Positions 8,896 through 18,711 of a DNA stretch of 30,775 nucleotides are shown here, one piece after another. The notes beneath the pieces are model-generated. The model ran no database searches, was not told where the DNA came from, and saw only the letters and a program-made list of their open reading frames with translations. Positions within the stretch are counted from its first letter, which is position 1. Each line of letters opens with the position of its first letter. The stretch is from Tubiluchus corallicola (Eukaryota > Animalia > Priapulida), in NCBI GenBank assembly GCA_030141605.1, contig JAQGDQ010002455.1, positions 1 to 30,775 on the forward strand. Reading direction: 5' to 3'. The translations under genes were made by a program, and so were the position numbers.

Positions 8896-11406
8896 TTATT
8901 GCTGCTGTTTAATAGTGGGGGGTATTGCCCTGAGCTTTTGCAGTATTAAGGCTAGAGTTGCTATTATAAGAATAATGGAGCTTATTAGTGATATTCTGTT
9001 TCCTATGATATATGATTTTGGTTCAAATTTAAATTCTATTTCATATTCTCCCTGGGGCAGTGACATAGCCCTGAGTATATAGTTTGCTCTGAAATGAGGC
9101 GTTAGTTTTCCATCAATATAAGCGTTCCATCCTTTAGGATAGTATATTTCGGAGAATATAGCTACGTTATTTTTTTCTCCTTTATACTGGTACACCATCT
9201 TGTTGGGGCTATAGCTTTTTAGGAGCAGCGATGAGTTGTTTTTTTGAGGCGGTGCTTCCATGTTGTTAATCAAGCTGCTAAACTGCTTGTCTACAACTGC
9301 TTCTTTGGTGAAATTTAATACTCCTAGCGCTTCAAGCTCCTGGTCCGGGTTGTCAACAATTTTCACATTATCAACTAGCCATGCGTGTCCGTTGGCATTA
9401 TTATTCATTATGGGGCCTGTGCTGGTGTTAAATATCATATATTTTGTGTTTAGCATATTTAGCACAGGGGTGTTTATAAAGAGAGAGTCAAGTTCCGATT
9501 CGGCTTCAATTTGTCTCAGTTGAGCCATAACTGTGTATATCTCATTGCTTAAGTAGTGATCGGCCAATTCCTGATATCGTTGCATCTTTGCACCGTGGTA
9601 TCCTCCTACAGATTTGTGGTAAAAGGATGTTGACGCGTCTACAAAGGGGTTTACTGTGGTATTGAGTACTCTGAAGTCGGGATCGGTGTCTTCAAGGATG
9701 ATGCCATCTGCTTCTGTTTTGGGGAATGGTATTTCCATTCTTTTGGGGTATTCAAAGTTACTGTGGTTTAGGTGTTTTTTATTTATGGGCCACATGTCTG
9801 TCAGGACTAGTACGCTCCATATAGTCAACGCATGGACCCCCTTGATCTTCTTTTCCCAAAATAACCAAACAGTTAGTGCGGCAAGTGATACGAAGATCAG
9901 GGAGCGTAGTGCGTCTGCTTTAAGTACAGATCTTCTATCTTCCCGAAGTGCTTCTATCAAATGCTCAGGCCATCCAAATTGTGAATCACTGTTTCCTGTA
10001 AAGTCTCCGGCCAGTCCTGGAAATAGTATGAAAATCAGTGCCAGCCCCCCTGTTATGCCAAACGCATATTTCAACGCACTCCGAAATTGTACTTTTGTTA
10101 TGTTTTGTTCAAAAATATTTTTTATGGCCAGTACTCCGAGAAGTGCCATTGAAAATTGTTGTATCACTACAACACCTTTCACGTCCCTGAACTTGTTGTA
10201 CCACGGGAAGTGGTCTATCATTATACTGTTAAATGCTGGGAGGTTTTTCCCGAGCGATAGTAAAAACGAGAATATAACTACAACAGCTATCCACCACTTG
10301 TCTTTGCCTTTTACAATGAAAAGTCCGAGGACGAACAGGAAGCATAATACAGCCCCAAAGTAGTATGATCCTTCAACGATAGGCTGGTCCCCCCAATACA
10401 GGGGTAGAGCCTGGGCTATTTTTTTTGCCCTTATTCTGCCCTGACTTTTGGAGAGCACTTTAAAAGTTTCCGACTCTTCGCCGAGGGGTTCTCTCATTCC
10501 CCCACCTTTAAACCGGGGTATAAAAGCAGCAACAGCTTCTCCAAGATCATAGCTATATCCCCATATATAGTCTTTTTCAAGCCCGGATGAGACTTTGCCT
10601 TCACCTTTATTACTGCTTAGTTCTGATTTGCCCCGCATTGAGAATTTTCCATACTCGTAGGTTGTGTACAGCCTTGAGAAGTTGGTGCATATGGCCAGCA
10701 GCAGTGCCGCCAGTAGTAGTAGTGATGTTTTGAAGAAGTCTGGTAGTGCCTTCTCTCTTATAGCAAAGATGAAGTATGTCAGGATAAGAACCATCACCAA
10801 CAGTCCTGTATAGTATGTCATTTGCGGGTGACTGGCGCTTAGCATCCATGATATTCCAAATGCCGTTATAATACTGCCTAGCAGCTTTTTATTTCTGTAT
10901 GCCAGTAATATACCTGTAACAACCATTGAGTTGAATACTAGTGTGTGCGTTTTCGATGAGTGCCCCGCACCAAACAAGACGAAGAAGTATGTTGAGAACC
11001 CATACGCGAGTGAGCCGACGAGACTTATCCATGGGGAGGCGCCAAGTGAGACACACAGAAGGTAAAACAATAGGAACTTTAAAAAGAGGTAGCTGGCTGG
11101 CCTCGGTATGGTGTATATGAAACTTTTAAGTTTATGTATTATATTTGCAGGATATATAGTGGAGATTAAATAGGTCGGCATTCCTCCAAATATGGAATTT
11201 GTCCACAGTGGCTCTTCTCCTGTGCTGTTTCTGTATTCGACAATTTCTCTAGATATTCCTTTAAAGTTGCGGAGATCTCCTGCGTTAATACGTTTTCCCT
11301 CCAGGACAGGCGAGAAGTATATTAGTGAGATGAGGAGAAAGATAAGTATTGGTATTAAGTGGGGTGTAGCTTTCTTTAAGTGAATTCTATTTATTATTGC
11401 TTTCAT
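8896..11406 (-). CDS. YfhO-family polytopic membrane protein (GT-C-like)
   Basis: 836 aa with PLWTNSIFGGMP, many TM helices, SVGGYHGAKMQRYQE and C-terminal FSEIYYPKGWNAYIDG...RANYILRA. Confidence 0.88.
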   Translation of the reverse strand: MKAIINRIHLKKATPHLIPILIFLLISLIYFSPVLEGKRINAGDLRNFKGISREIVEYRNSTGEEPLWTNSIFGGMPTYLISTIYPANIIHKLKSFIYTIPRPASYLFLKFLLFYLLCVSLGASPWISLVGSLAYGFSTYFFVLFGAGHSSKTHTLVFNSMVVTGILLAYRNKKLLGSIITAFGISWMLSASHPQMTYYTGLLVMVLILTYFIFAIREKALPDFFKTSLLLLAALLLAICTNFSRLYTTYEYGKFSMRGKSELSSNKGEGKVSSGLEKDYIWGYSYDLGEAVAAFIPRFKGGGMREPLGEESETFKVLSKSQGRIRAKKIAQALPLYWGDQPIVEGSYYFGAVLCFLFVLGLFIVKGKDKWWIAVVVIFSFLLSLGKNLPAFNSIMIDHFPWYNKFRDVKGVVVIQQFSMALLGVLAIKNIFEQNITKVQFRSALKYAFGITGGLALIFILFPGLAGDFTGNSDSQFGWPEHLIEALREDRRSVLKADALRSLIFVSLAALTVWLFWEKKIKGVHALTIWSVLVLTDMWPINKKHLNHSNFEYPKRMEIPFPKTEADGIILEDTDPDFRVLNTTVNPFVDASTSFYHKSVGGYHGAKMQRYQELADHYLSNEIYTVMAQLRQIEAESELDSLFINTPVLNMLNTKYMIFNTSTGPIMNNNANGHAWLVDNVKIVDNPDQELEALGVLNFTKEAVVDKQFSSLINNMEAPPQKNNSSLLLKSYSPNKMVYQYKGEKNNVAIFSEIYYPKGWNAYIDGKLTPHFRANYILRAMSLPQGEYEIEFKFEPKSYIIGNRISLISSIILIIATLALILQKLRAIPPTIKQQQ

Positions 11407-11434
11407 GCACTTCTAGGACTTTGATATTTTTTTA

Positions 11435-11495
11435 CAAATGTATGTTTTTTATTGTCCTAAGAGAAGTCAGGATGCAATTAAAATCAATACTTTTG
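11435..11495. promoter_or_regulatory. Divergent -7 elements for the YfhO gene (minus, 11435-11442) and rnr (plus, 11488-11495)
   Basis: TACATTTG on minus and TACTTTTG on plus both fit TAnnTTTG and lie upstream of the respective starts. Confidence 0.55.
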
Positions 11496-11565
11496 AAGTA
11501 TGGCAATAAAGAGTAGGTATAGTGTGCCTGGAATCGGATGAGGATGGGAAACACAAATTGATTTA

Positions 11566-13740
11566 GTGATTATGGGAAAAAAGAAAAGAGTGAAAAAGAG
11601 AAAGGTGAGATTTAACAAGGCAGGCCTTAAGAAGAATATCCTTGCCATTTTTTATAGTGATTATAAGAGGAGTTTCAATTATAAGCAACTGGCCTCGGAG
11701 CTTAAAGTAAAGGAGGCTCCTGTTAAGCAGTTGATAAATGTTGTTTTACAGGAGTTACGTGATAGTGGGTACCTGGAAGAGGTTGCACGCGGCAAGTATG
11801 GGTTGAAGTCTAAAGGGGGATATATTACCGGAGTGGTGGAGATGACTGCTAAGGGTGCCGGAAATATTATTTGTGAAGAGATTGATGAGCCTATTTTTGT
11901 TTCTGCGGCTAATATGCACAGGGCTATGGGTGGTGATAAGGTTCAGGTTTATGTATATGCCCGCAGGAAGAAGCGGCAGCCTGAGGGTGAAGTGGTAAAG
12001 GTTTTAGAGAGAGCGAAGTCTACCTTTGTGGGGACAGTAGAGTTTTCTTCATTTAATGCATTCCTTGTCCCCTCTTCAAAAAGTCCGTTTGACCTATTTA
12101 TCCCCAAAGAGAAGCTGAATGGAGTCAAGGATGGGCAGAAAGCTATCGCACGAATTATAGATTGGCCGGAGCATGCTCGTAATCCATTTGCGGAGATTGT
12201 TGAAGTTCTTGGCAATGAGGGGGAGAATAATACGGAGATGCATGCTATTCTTGCGGAGTTTGGGCTTCCTCACAAGTTCCCGTTAAAGGTTGAGAAGGCG
12301 GCGAGTAAGGTACCAACTGAGATAACGGATGAGGAGATAGGCCGGAGAAGAGATTTCAGGGGAGTTCCAACGTTTACAATTGATCCTATTGATGCAAAAG
12401 ATTTTGATGATGCCCTTTCTGTTCAAAAGCTGGAGAGCGGTTTGTGGGAGGTGGGAGTTCATATTGCAGATGTTACCCATTATGTAATTCCCGGGACACT
12501 GCTGGATGAGGAGGCGTACAACAGAGCGACCTCTGTGTATCTTGTAGACAGGGTTGTTCCTATGCTCCCGGAGATTCTGTCTAATGGTGTGTGTTCATTG
12601 CGCCCCCATGAGGATAAGCTCTGTTTTTCGGCTGTATTTCATTTGGATGATAGCGCAAAAGTTCATTCCCAGTGGTTTGGCCGTACTTTAATTTATTCTA
12701 CCCGAAGGTTTACTTACGAGGAGGCGCAGGATGTGATAGAAACGGGTGCTGGAGATATGAAGGAGGAGATATGTGCACTTAAGTCCTTGGCAAAGAGGTT
12801 GCGGGATAGTCGTTTCAAGGAGGGGTCTATCGCTTTTGAACGCACAGAGGCAAAGTTTGAAATTGATGAAAACGGGAAGCCCCTGGGTGTTATTTTTAAG
12901 GATGCTAAGGATGCCAATAAGCTGGTAGAGGAGTTTATGTTACTTGCCAATAGGCGTGTAGCAGAGTTTATAGGAGGGCGCTCTTCATGGCGCAAAGCGA
13001 GAACGTTTGTTTATCGCATCCACGATAAGCCGGATCCTGATAAGCTGGATAGTTTTAATTATTTTATTAGGAGGTTTGGGTATGGGATAAAGACAGACAC
13101 CCCTTCCGCCGTTTCTTTATCAATGAATAATCTGATGACGAACATTGAGGGGAAGAAAGAGCGTAATATAATAGAGACCCTGGCTATTCGTACGATGGCA
13201 AAGGCTGAATACTCGACTAGGAATATCGGGCACTACGGACTGTCATTTGAGCATTACACCCATTTTACTTCGCCAATTCGCCGTTATCCCGACATGATGG
13301 TTCATCGCCTCTTGTCGAGATATCTTGGTGGTAGTAGGTCGGTTCAGCCGCAAAAGTGGGAGGGTATGTGTAAGCACTCGTCAGAGATGGAGTCCAGGGC
13401 AGCTAACGCTGAGCGAACATCAATAAAGTATAAGCAGGTAGAGTTTATGAAAGATAGGCTTGGGCAACAGTTTAAAGGGGTTATATCCGGAGTTACTGAT
13501 TGGGGTATTTATGTTGAGATTGAAGAGAATAAGTGTGAGGGAATGGTGCCTTTACGCGATTTGACAGATGATTTTTATGTATTGGATGAGAAAAACTACT
13601 GTATTATCGGGCAGCATTCGCATAAGAGGTATCAATTGGGAGATGAAGTGTATGTCAAAGTTGTGAGGGCAAGTCTTCAAAAGCGACAAATGGATTTTTG
13701 TTTGGTTGAAGATGAAACCCCGGAGGCGCTGGAAAGATAG
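11566..13740 (+). CDS. rnr: Ribonuclease R
   Basis: RNB motifs TIDPIDAKDFDDA, HIADV, EEFMLLAN and HYTHFTSPIRRYPD, plus cold-shock and S1 domains. True start is probably the ATG at 11572. Confidence 0.96.
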   Translation: MIMGKKKRVKKRKVRFNKAGLKKNILAIFYSDYKRSFNYKQLASELKVKEAPVKQLINVVLQELRDSGYLEEVARGKYGLKSKGGYITGVVEMTAKGAGNIICEEIDEPIFVSAANMHRAMGGDKVQVYVYARRKKRQPEGEVVKVLERAKSTFVGTVEFSSFNAFLVPSSKSPFDLFIPKEKLNGVKDGQKAIARIIDWPEHARNPFAEIVEVLGNEGENNTEMHAILAEFGLPHKFPLKVEKAASKVPTEITDEEIGRRRDFRGVPTFTIDPIDAKDFDDALSVQKLESGLWEVGVHIADVTHYVIPGTLLDEEAYNRATSVYLVDRVVPMLPEILSNGVCSLRPHEDKLCFSAVFHLDDSAKVHSQWFGRTLIYSTRRFTYEEAQDVIETGAGDMKEEICALKSLAKRLRDSRFKEGSIAFERTEAKFEIDENGKPLGVIFKDAKDANKLVEEFMLLANRRVAEFIGGRSSWRKARTFVYRIHDKPDPDKLDSFNYFIRRFGYGIKTDTPSAVSLSMNNLMTNIEGKKERNIIETLAIRTMAKAEYSTRNIGHYGLSFEHYTHFTSPIRRYPDMMVHRLLSRYLGGSRSVQPQKWEGMCKHSSEMESRAANAERTSIKYKQVEFMKDRLGQQFKGVISGVTDWGIYVEIEENKCEGMVPLRDLTDDFYVLDEKNYCIIGQHSHKRYQLGDEVYVKVVRASLQKRQMDFCLVEDETPEALER

Positions 13741-13764
13741 CTTGTCCGGGATTTATTTCCCCGG

Positions 13765-13830
13765 TAAATGATAATTTTTATCGTGTTTTCCTTGGTCGGA
13801 GTCAAAGCTTTCTGTTATGTAGAAGTTTAT
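13765..13830 (+). repeat. Partial, degenerate MITE core
   Basis: ATTTTTATCGTGTTTTCCTTGGTCGGAGTCAAAG resembles TTTTTATCGAATTTTTCCTCAATCTGAGTCAAAA of the 6204 copy. Confidence 0.4.
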
Positions 13831-13859
13831 TAAATGTAATTGTATTAAAACAGATTATT

Positions 13860-13987
13860 GGGGACTTTTCAAAACTCGCTTTTTAGTATTGTTTTTATCA
13901 AAAGCTTTCACTTACAATAATAAGATTGTGTTTTTTATCAAATTTTTATTCAACATGAACCAAAATCTTTCATCTTGCAAGGATCTC
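13860..13987 (+). mobile_element. MITE-like element copy
   Basis: Ends GGGGACTTTTCAAAACTC and CTTGCAAGGATCTC, with the shared core TAAGATTGTGTTTTTTATCAAATTTTTATTCAACATGAACCAAAA. Confidence 0.72.
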
Positions 13988-14015
13988 AATTATTGTCTCT
14001 CTTGTATTTTTTGGC

Positions 14016-14023
14016 TACTTTTG
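14016..14023 (+). promoter_or_regulatory. -7 element of the his promoter
   Basis: TACTTTTG, with TTG at 13993-13995 about 20 nt upstream. Confidence 0.6.
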
Positions 14024-14041
14024 TCAAAAGGAAGTGTGGGC

Positions 14042-14080
14042 ATGACAGAAGCTTGCACAAATTACAGTTGTTGTCACTAG
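14042..14080 (+). promoter_or_regulatory. Putative degenerate his leader peptide MTEACTNYSCCH
   Basis: 12-codon ORF between the promoter and an attenuator-like hairpin. Only the last codon is His. Confidence 0.55.
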
Positions 14081-14133
14081 AGAGGGACAGAGTGTAGTTG
14101 GTATAAGTGAAAAGCGTTATAAAATTATATACC

Positions 14134-14167
14134 AAATAAGGCTTACCGGTTAGGGTAAGCCTTATTT
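14134..14167 (+). terminator. Attenuator-type hairpin upstream of hisG
   Basis: Perfect 14-bp inverted repeat AAATAAGGCTTACC/GGTAAGCCTTATTT with a 6-nt loop. A competing pairing TTGGTATA (14098-14105)/TATACCAA (14128-14135) overlaps its base. Confidence 0.75.
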
Positions 14168-14179
14168 ATAGCATGAGAA

Positions 14180-15043
14180 GTGGTGGGCACAAGGTTACGT
14201 ATTGCAATTCAGACAAAGGGCAGGTTGAATGAGGAGTCTGTTCAACTACTGAGAGAGTCGGGTATAAATCTTATTTCCGGGAGGAGAAAGCTTATATCTG
14301 CGGCAAAGAATTTTCCTATGGAGGTACTTTACCTTCGGGATGATGATATACCGCAGTCGGTTGCCGATGGTGTTGCAGATATTGGTATTGTTGGGGAGAA
14401 TGAGAAAGATGAAAAGAGTGAGAGAGTGGAGGTGGTAAAGAGATTGGGTTTTAGCAAGTGTCGTCTTTCTCTTGCCATTCCAAAGCCTGTTGAGTATAGC
14501 GATATAAGCTGGTTTGAAGGAAAAAAGATAGCAACTTCATATCCGCGTATATTAGAAGTGTTTCTCAGGGAAAAAAATATTACAGCAGACATACATACTA
14601 TAGCTGGTTCGGTGGAGATTGCCCCCGGAGTAGGGCTTGCCGATGCAATATTTGATATAGTAAGTTCGGGTAGCACTCTGGTTAGTAACCGGCTAAAGGA
14701 GGTGGAGACCGTGATGAATTCAGAGGCTGTACTTATTAGCACTCCAGGGCTGGATAGAGATAAGAGAGCTATTTTAGAAGAGCTTATCTTCAGAATTGAG
14801 TCGGTTGAGGCAGGAAGGGGTAAGAAGTATGTGCTTTTGAACGCTCCCAACAAAAGCCTTGATATGATTATAGAGGAACTTCCCGGCATGACTTCTCCTA
14901 CAATTGTGCCTTTGGCAAAAGAGGGGTGGAGTTCGTTGCATTCAGTAATAGATGATGATGATTTCTGGGAAGTGATAGGTAATTTAAAGAGGTGCGGGGC
15001 AGAGGGTATTCTTGTTGTACCTATTGAGAAAATGATTATATAA
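14180..15043 (+). CDS. hisG: ATP phosphoribosyltransferase, long form
   Basis: LRIAIQTKGRL, RDDDIP, IATSYP, GSVEIAPGVGLADAIFDIVSSGSTL and a C-terminal regulatory domain. Confidence 0.97.
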   Translation: MVGTRLRIAIQTKGRLNEESVQLLRESGINLISGRRKLISAAKNFPMEVLYLRDDDIPQSVADGVADIGIVGENEKDEKSERVEVVKRLGFSKCRLSLAIPKPVEYSDISWFEGKKIATSYPRILEVFLREKNITADIHTIAGSVEIAPGVGLADAIFDIVSSGSTLVSNRLKEVETVMNSEAVLISTPGLDRDKRAILEELIFRIESVEAGRGKKYVLLNAPNKSLDMIIEELPGMTSPTIVPLAKEGWSSLHSVIDDDDFWEVIGNLKRCGAEGILVVPIEKMII

Positions 15044-15054
15044 CACTGTGTGTT

Positions 15055-16347
15055 ATGCATATATATAAGTATCCATCTTACGATACCTGGCAGAGGATAA
15101 TTTCTAGGCCAGTTTCAGATCATTCCGGGTTAAGTGCTGGCGTAAGGGAAATACTTAATAAGGTGAAAGAGGGTGGTGACAAGGCAGTAAAGGAGTTTTC
15201 ACTTAGGTTTGACGGAGTTTCCCCCGATAGTCTGAGGGTATGTAAGAGTGAAATGGAGAGAGCCGAAGCTATGGTTGCTCCTAAGTTGAAGAGAGCTATT
15301 CGTGTAGCAGCAGAGAATATTTCCACGTTTCACAGGTCTCAAGTGCTTGACACAAAAGTTATTGAGACTATGCCCGGAGTGAGGTGCTGGCAGAAATCGG
15401 TACCGGTAGAGAGGGTTGGCCTTTATATCCCCGGTGGCAGTGCCCCGTTGTTTTCGACGGTTTTGATGTTGGGAATACCTGCAAAAATTGCAGGATGCAA
15501 GGATATTACACTTTGTACTCCACCTGGTAAAGATTCGAATATACACCCTGCTATTCTTTTTTCCGCCAGATTGATTGGAATTGATAAGGTGTACAGGATT
15601 GGTGGGGTACAGGCTATTGGAGCTATGGCATACGGAACAGAGTCTTTACCGCGTGTTTATAAAATATTTGGCCCTGGGAATGCGTGGGTTACGATGGCCA
15701 AGCAGATTGTATCGTTATCGGAGTGTGCAATAGATATGCCTGCTGGCCCGTCTGAACTGGCAATAATGGCGGATAGCTCGGCAAAACCTGAGTTTATAGC
15801 CGCAGATATTCTTTCACAAGCAGAGCATGGAGCAGACAGCCATGTTGTTTTGATATCTACAGATGAGTTGATGGTTGATAGGGTGTCGGATGAGCTAAAT
15901 GTTCAGATAAAAGAGCTGCCACGAGAGGAGGTTGCAGGTAAAGCGTTGGCAAACAGTGTGGCGATTGTTGCCAGAAGCGAAGAAGAGATGCTGGAAATAG
16001 TTAATACATATGCCCCTGAGCATTTAATTATTTCTACCAGGTCAGCAATGGATATGACAGATAGGGTTATTAATGTGGGTTCGGTGTTTTTGGGGAATTA
16101 TACTCCTGAGAGTGCCGGCGATTATGCATCGGGTACAAACCATACCCTTCCTACTCACGGATGGGCACGTTCGTTTAGTGGGTTGAATGTAGACAGCTTT
16201 TGCAGAAAGGTAACTTTTCAGGAAGTTTCGCATGGTGGTATACTTAGTCTTGGTCCAACAATTGAGATAATGGCAGAAGCAGAGGAGCTTTTTGCACACA
16301 AAAATGCTACGACAATACGCATGAACAATATACCTGAATTCGATTAG
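15055..16347 (+). CDS. hisD: Histidinol dehydrogenase
   Basis: VGLYIPGG, IDMPAGPSE, SQAEHG, APEHL and GDYASGTNHTLPT. Confidence 0.97.
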   Translation: MHIYKYPSYDTWQRIISRPVSDHSGLSAGVREILNKVKEGGDKAVKEFSLRFDGVSPDSLRVCKSEMERAEAMVAPKLKRAIRVAAENISTFHRSQVLDTKVIETMPGVRCWQKSVPVERVGLYIPGGSAPLFSTVLMLGIPAKIAGCKDITLCTPPGKDSNIHPAILFSARLIGIDKVYRIGGVQAIGAMAYGTESLPRVYKIFGPGNAWVTMAKQIVSLSECAIDMPAGPSELAIMADSSAKPEFIAADILSQAEHGADSHVVLISTDELMVDRVSDELNVQIKELPREEVAGKALANSVAIVARSEEEMLEIVNTYAPEHLIISTRSAMDMTDRVINVGSVFLGNYTPESAGDYASGTNHTLPTHGWARSFSGLNVDSFCRKVTFQEVSHGGILSLGPTIEIMAEAEELFAHKNATTIRMNNIPEFD

Positions 16348-16446
16348 TCTATAGTATTGTAACAGTGTGGTATAGCTATGTCTTCCTGTTAGCTGATGGC
16401 TATTTAATTTGGCGCTTTTATATATGTATATAGGTCTTAAAAGTTT

Positions 16447-17490
16447 ATGAGCAGAGAAATAGATATAGTTTCACTACTTCGCAAAAATATACGCTCCCTG
16501 AAGCCATACTCATCTGCGAGGAGTGAGTATCAGGGGAGAGAGGCTGTTCTTCTTGATGCTAATGAAAGTCCTTTTAATGAGCCATTTAATCGCTATCCTG
16601 ATCCAAATCAGACAGAGTTGAAGGAGAGGATTGGAGAGATGAAGGGTGTTGCTCCTGGCAATATTTTTCTTGGAAATGGTAGCGATGAGGCTATTGATTT
16701 GCTTATCAGGGCATTTGCTTCGCCGAGAGAGGATAATATAGTAACTATTTCTCCTACGTATGGGATGTATAAAGTGGCAGCCGATATAAATGATGTAGAG
16801 GTGAGGGATGCTCCTCTGGGCTCTGATTTTTCACTTGTCCCGGATCGGGTGCTTGACCGGGTAACACCAAATACAAAGTTACTGTTTCTCTGCTCACCCA
16901 ATAATCCAACGGGTAATATATTGGAATGGAGGGATATTAAGACTATTCTTAGTTTATATGATGGAATAGTTGTAGTTGATGAGGCCTATATCGACTTTTG
17001 CCCGGGGAGGTCATTAATTCCACATATGACATATTTTAATAATCTCGTTATTTTACAGACGTTTTCTAAGGCGTGGGGAATGGCAGGAATGAGGCTGGGT
17101 ATGGCATTTGGAGATACAGTACTGATTGATGCACTAACTCATATAAAGTACCCATACAACCTGAATATGGCGACTCAGCTTAAAGCATTAGAGATAATCG
17201 AGCAGGAGGATAGAAAGTCCGATTGGGTTAAGGCTATTATAGATGAGAGGGAGAGGATGGCATTTAGGCTGAAGGAGTTGCCTTTTGTCAGCCATGTTTA
17301 TGACAGCGATTCCAATTTTCTATTAGTTAAGACAGATAGCCCGAAGAAGATTTATGAGCATCTGGTTGGGAAAAATATAATAGTGCGCGACAGGTCGGAA
17401 GTTATTTTGTGTGAAGGGTGTATTCGTATAACTATAGGTAGTGAAAAGGAGAATTTTGCCCTTCTGAGTGCGTTGGAGCAGCTTGTCTGA
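16447..17490 (+). CDS. hisC: Histidinol-phosphate aminotransferase
   Basis: LDANE, NRYPDP, GNGSDEAID, SPNNPTG, DEAYIDF and the PLP lysine in TFSKAWGMAGMRLG. Confidence 0.97.
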   Translation: MSREIDIVSLLRKNIRSLKPYSSARSEYQGREAVLLDANESPFNEPFNRYPDPNQTELKERIGEMKGVAPGNIFLGNGSDEAIDLLIRAFASPREDNIVTISPTYGMYKVAADINDVEVRDAPLGSDFSLVPDRVLDRVTPNTKLLFLCSPNNPTGNILEWRDIKTILSLYDGIVVVDEAYIDFCPGRSLIPHMTYFNNLVILQTFSKAWGMAGMRLGMAFGDTVLIDALTHIKYPYNLNMATQLKALEIIEQEDRKSDWVKAIIDERERMAFRLKELPFVSHVYDSDSNFLLVKTDSPKKIYEHLVGKNIIVRDRSEVILCEGCIRITIGSEKENFALLSALEQLV

Positions 17491-17509
17491 AAATGATGAT
17501 TATTAAGAT

Positions 17510-18634
17510 ATGAAAAAAGTACTGTTTATTGACAGGGATGGAACTCTTGTAGTGGAACCTCCGGTAGATTTTCAACTTGATTCTCTTGAGAAATTGGAGT
17601 TTATACCAGGGGTGTTTAGGGGGTTGTATAATATTGATAGGCATCTTGATTTTGAGTTTGTTATGGTTACTAATCAAGATGGGCTGGGGACTAAGTCATT
17701 CCCTGAGGATAGTTTCTGGCCTGCGCACAATAAGATTGTAAAGGCGTTTCAAAATGAAGGTGTTACGTTTTCAGAGGTTCTAATTGACCGTTCGCTACCT
17801 GAAGATAACGCTATGACCAGGAAGCCGGGAACTGCCATGTTAAAGCACTATATGGATGGCTCTTTCGATCTTTCCAATTCGTACGTAATAGGAGATCGGG
17901 ATAGTGATGTAGGACTGGCAAAGAACCTTGGGGCAAAGGCTATTTTTTTAAGCTGCAGTGATAGTGCCGGATGGCAGTTGTCTGAAGATTTACAAAGCTT
18001 TTGTTCATTTATAGCTAACAGCTGGGATGATGTGTTTACTTTTCTGGCAAGGGAAGAGCGTACAGCTGTTGTTTCGAGAAAGACTTCTGAGACGGATATT
18101 GATGTTGAGTTGACCTTGGACGGGAGTGGGGAGTGCAGTGTATCTACCGGGATTAGTTTTTTTGATCATATGCTGGATCAAATAGGGCGTCACTCTGGAT
18201 GTGATTTGAGAGTGGTATCCAGAGGCGACCTGCATGTTGATGAGCATCATACTATTGAGGATACAGGTATAGCGTTTGGGGAGGCGCTAAAAAAAGCGTT
18301 AGGAGACAAGAGGGGTGTTGAGCGTTACGGTTATTGTTTACCAATGGATGATTGCCTGGCACAAGTGGTGCTCGATTTTGGGGGTAGACCGTACCTGGTG
18401 TGGGAGGCAGAGTTTCACAGGGAGTATGTCGGGGATATGCCTACAGAGATGTTTTACCACTTTTTTAAAGCGGTATCGGATGCAGCATTATGTAATCTGA
18501 ATATAAAGGCAGAGGGGGCAAATGAGCATCATAAGATTGAAGGTATCTTCAAAGCTTTTGCGCGTGCTATTAAGATGGCAGTAAGAAAAGATATATTCAA
18601 GCAGTCACTTCCCAGCACTAAAGGGGTGTTGTAA
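17510..18634 (+). CDS. hisB: Bifunctional histidinol-phosphatase / imidazoleglycerol-phosphate dehydratase
   Basis: HAD motif FIDRDGT and TNQDGLG, plus IGPD motifs DEHHTIED and [12 protein letters not shown], ending PSTKGVL. Confidence 0.97.
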   Translation: MKKVLFIDRDGTLVVEPPVDFQLDSLEKLEFIPGVFRGLYNIDRHLDFEFVMVTNQDGLGTKSFPEDSFWPAHNKIVKAFQNEGVTFSEVLIDRSLPEDNAMTRKPGTAMLKHYMDGSFDLSNSYVIGDRDSDVGLAKNLGAKAIFLSCSDSAGWQLSEDLQSFCSFIANSWDDVFTFLAREERTAVVSRKTSETDIDVELTLDGSGECSVSTGISFFDHMLDQIGRHSGCDLRVVSRGDLHVDEHHTIEDTGIAFGEALKKALGDKRGVERYGYCLPMDDCLAQVVLDFGGRPYLVWEAEFHREYVGDMPTEMFYHFFKAVSDAALCNLNIKAEGANEHHKIEGIFKAFARAIKMAVRKDIFKQSLPSTKGVL

Positions 18635-18711
18635 GCTGCTGCTGAGTTATAGCTGTGTCGAACAGCAAAGTAAGTGAAGGCTATCACTATTTACAAATTG
18701 CTGTTAATCTT

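Noticed and set aside
9656-10363. Long antisense ORFs (also 4122-4697 and 14329-15060)
   Set aside because: They are shadow frames opposite well-supported genes, with no recognisable motifs.
13853-13994. A defined target-site duplication for the MITE family
   Set aside because: ATTAT here and AAT at 25712-25850 are inconsistent in length and could arise by chance in AT-rich DNA. Other copies show none.
13889-14041. 63-aa ORF upstream of hisG
   Set aside because: Its 5' part is MITE and promoter sequence. Only the last 12 codons are credible, as a leader peptide.
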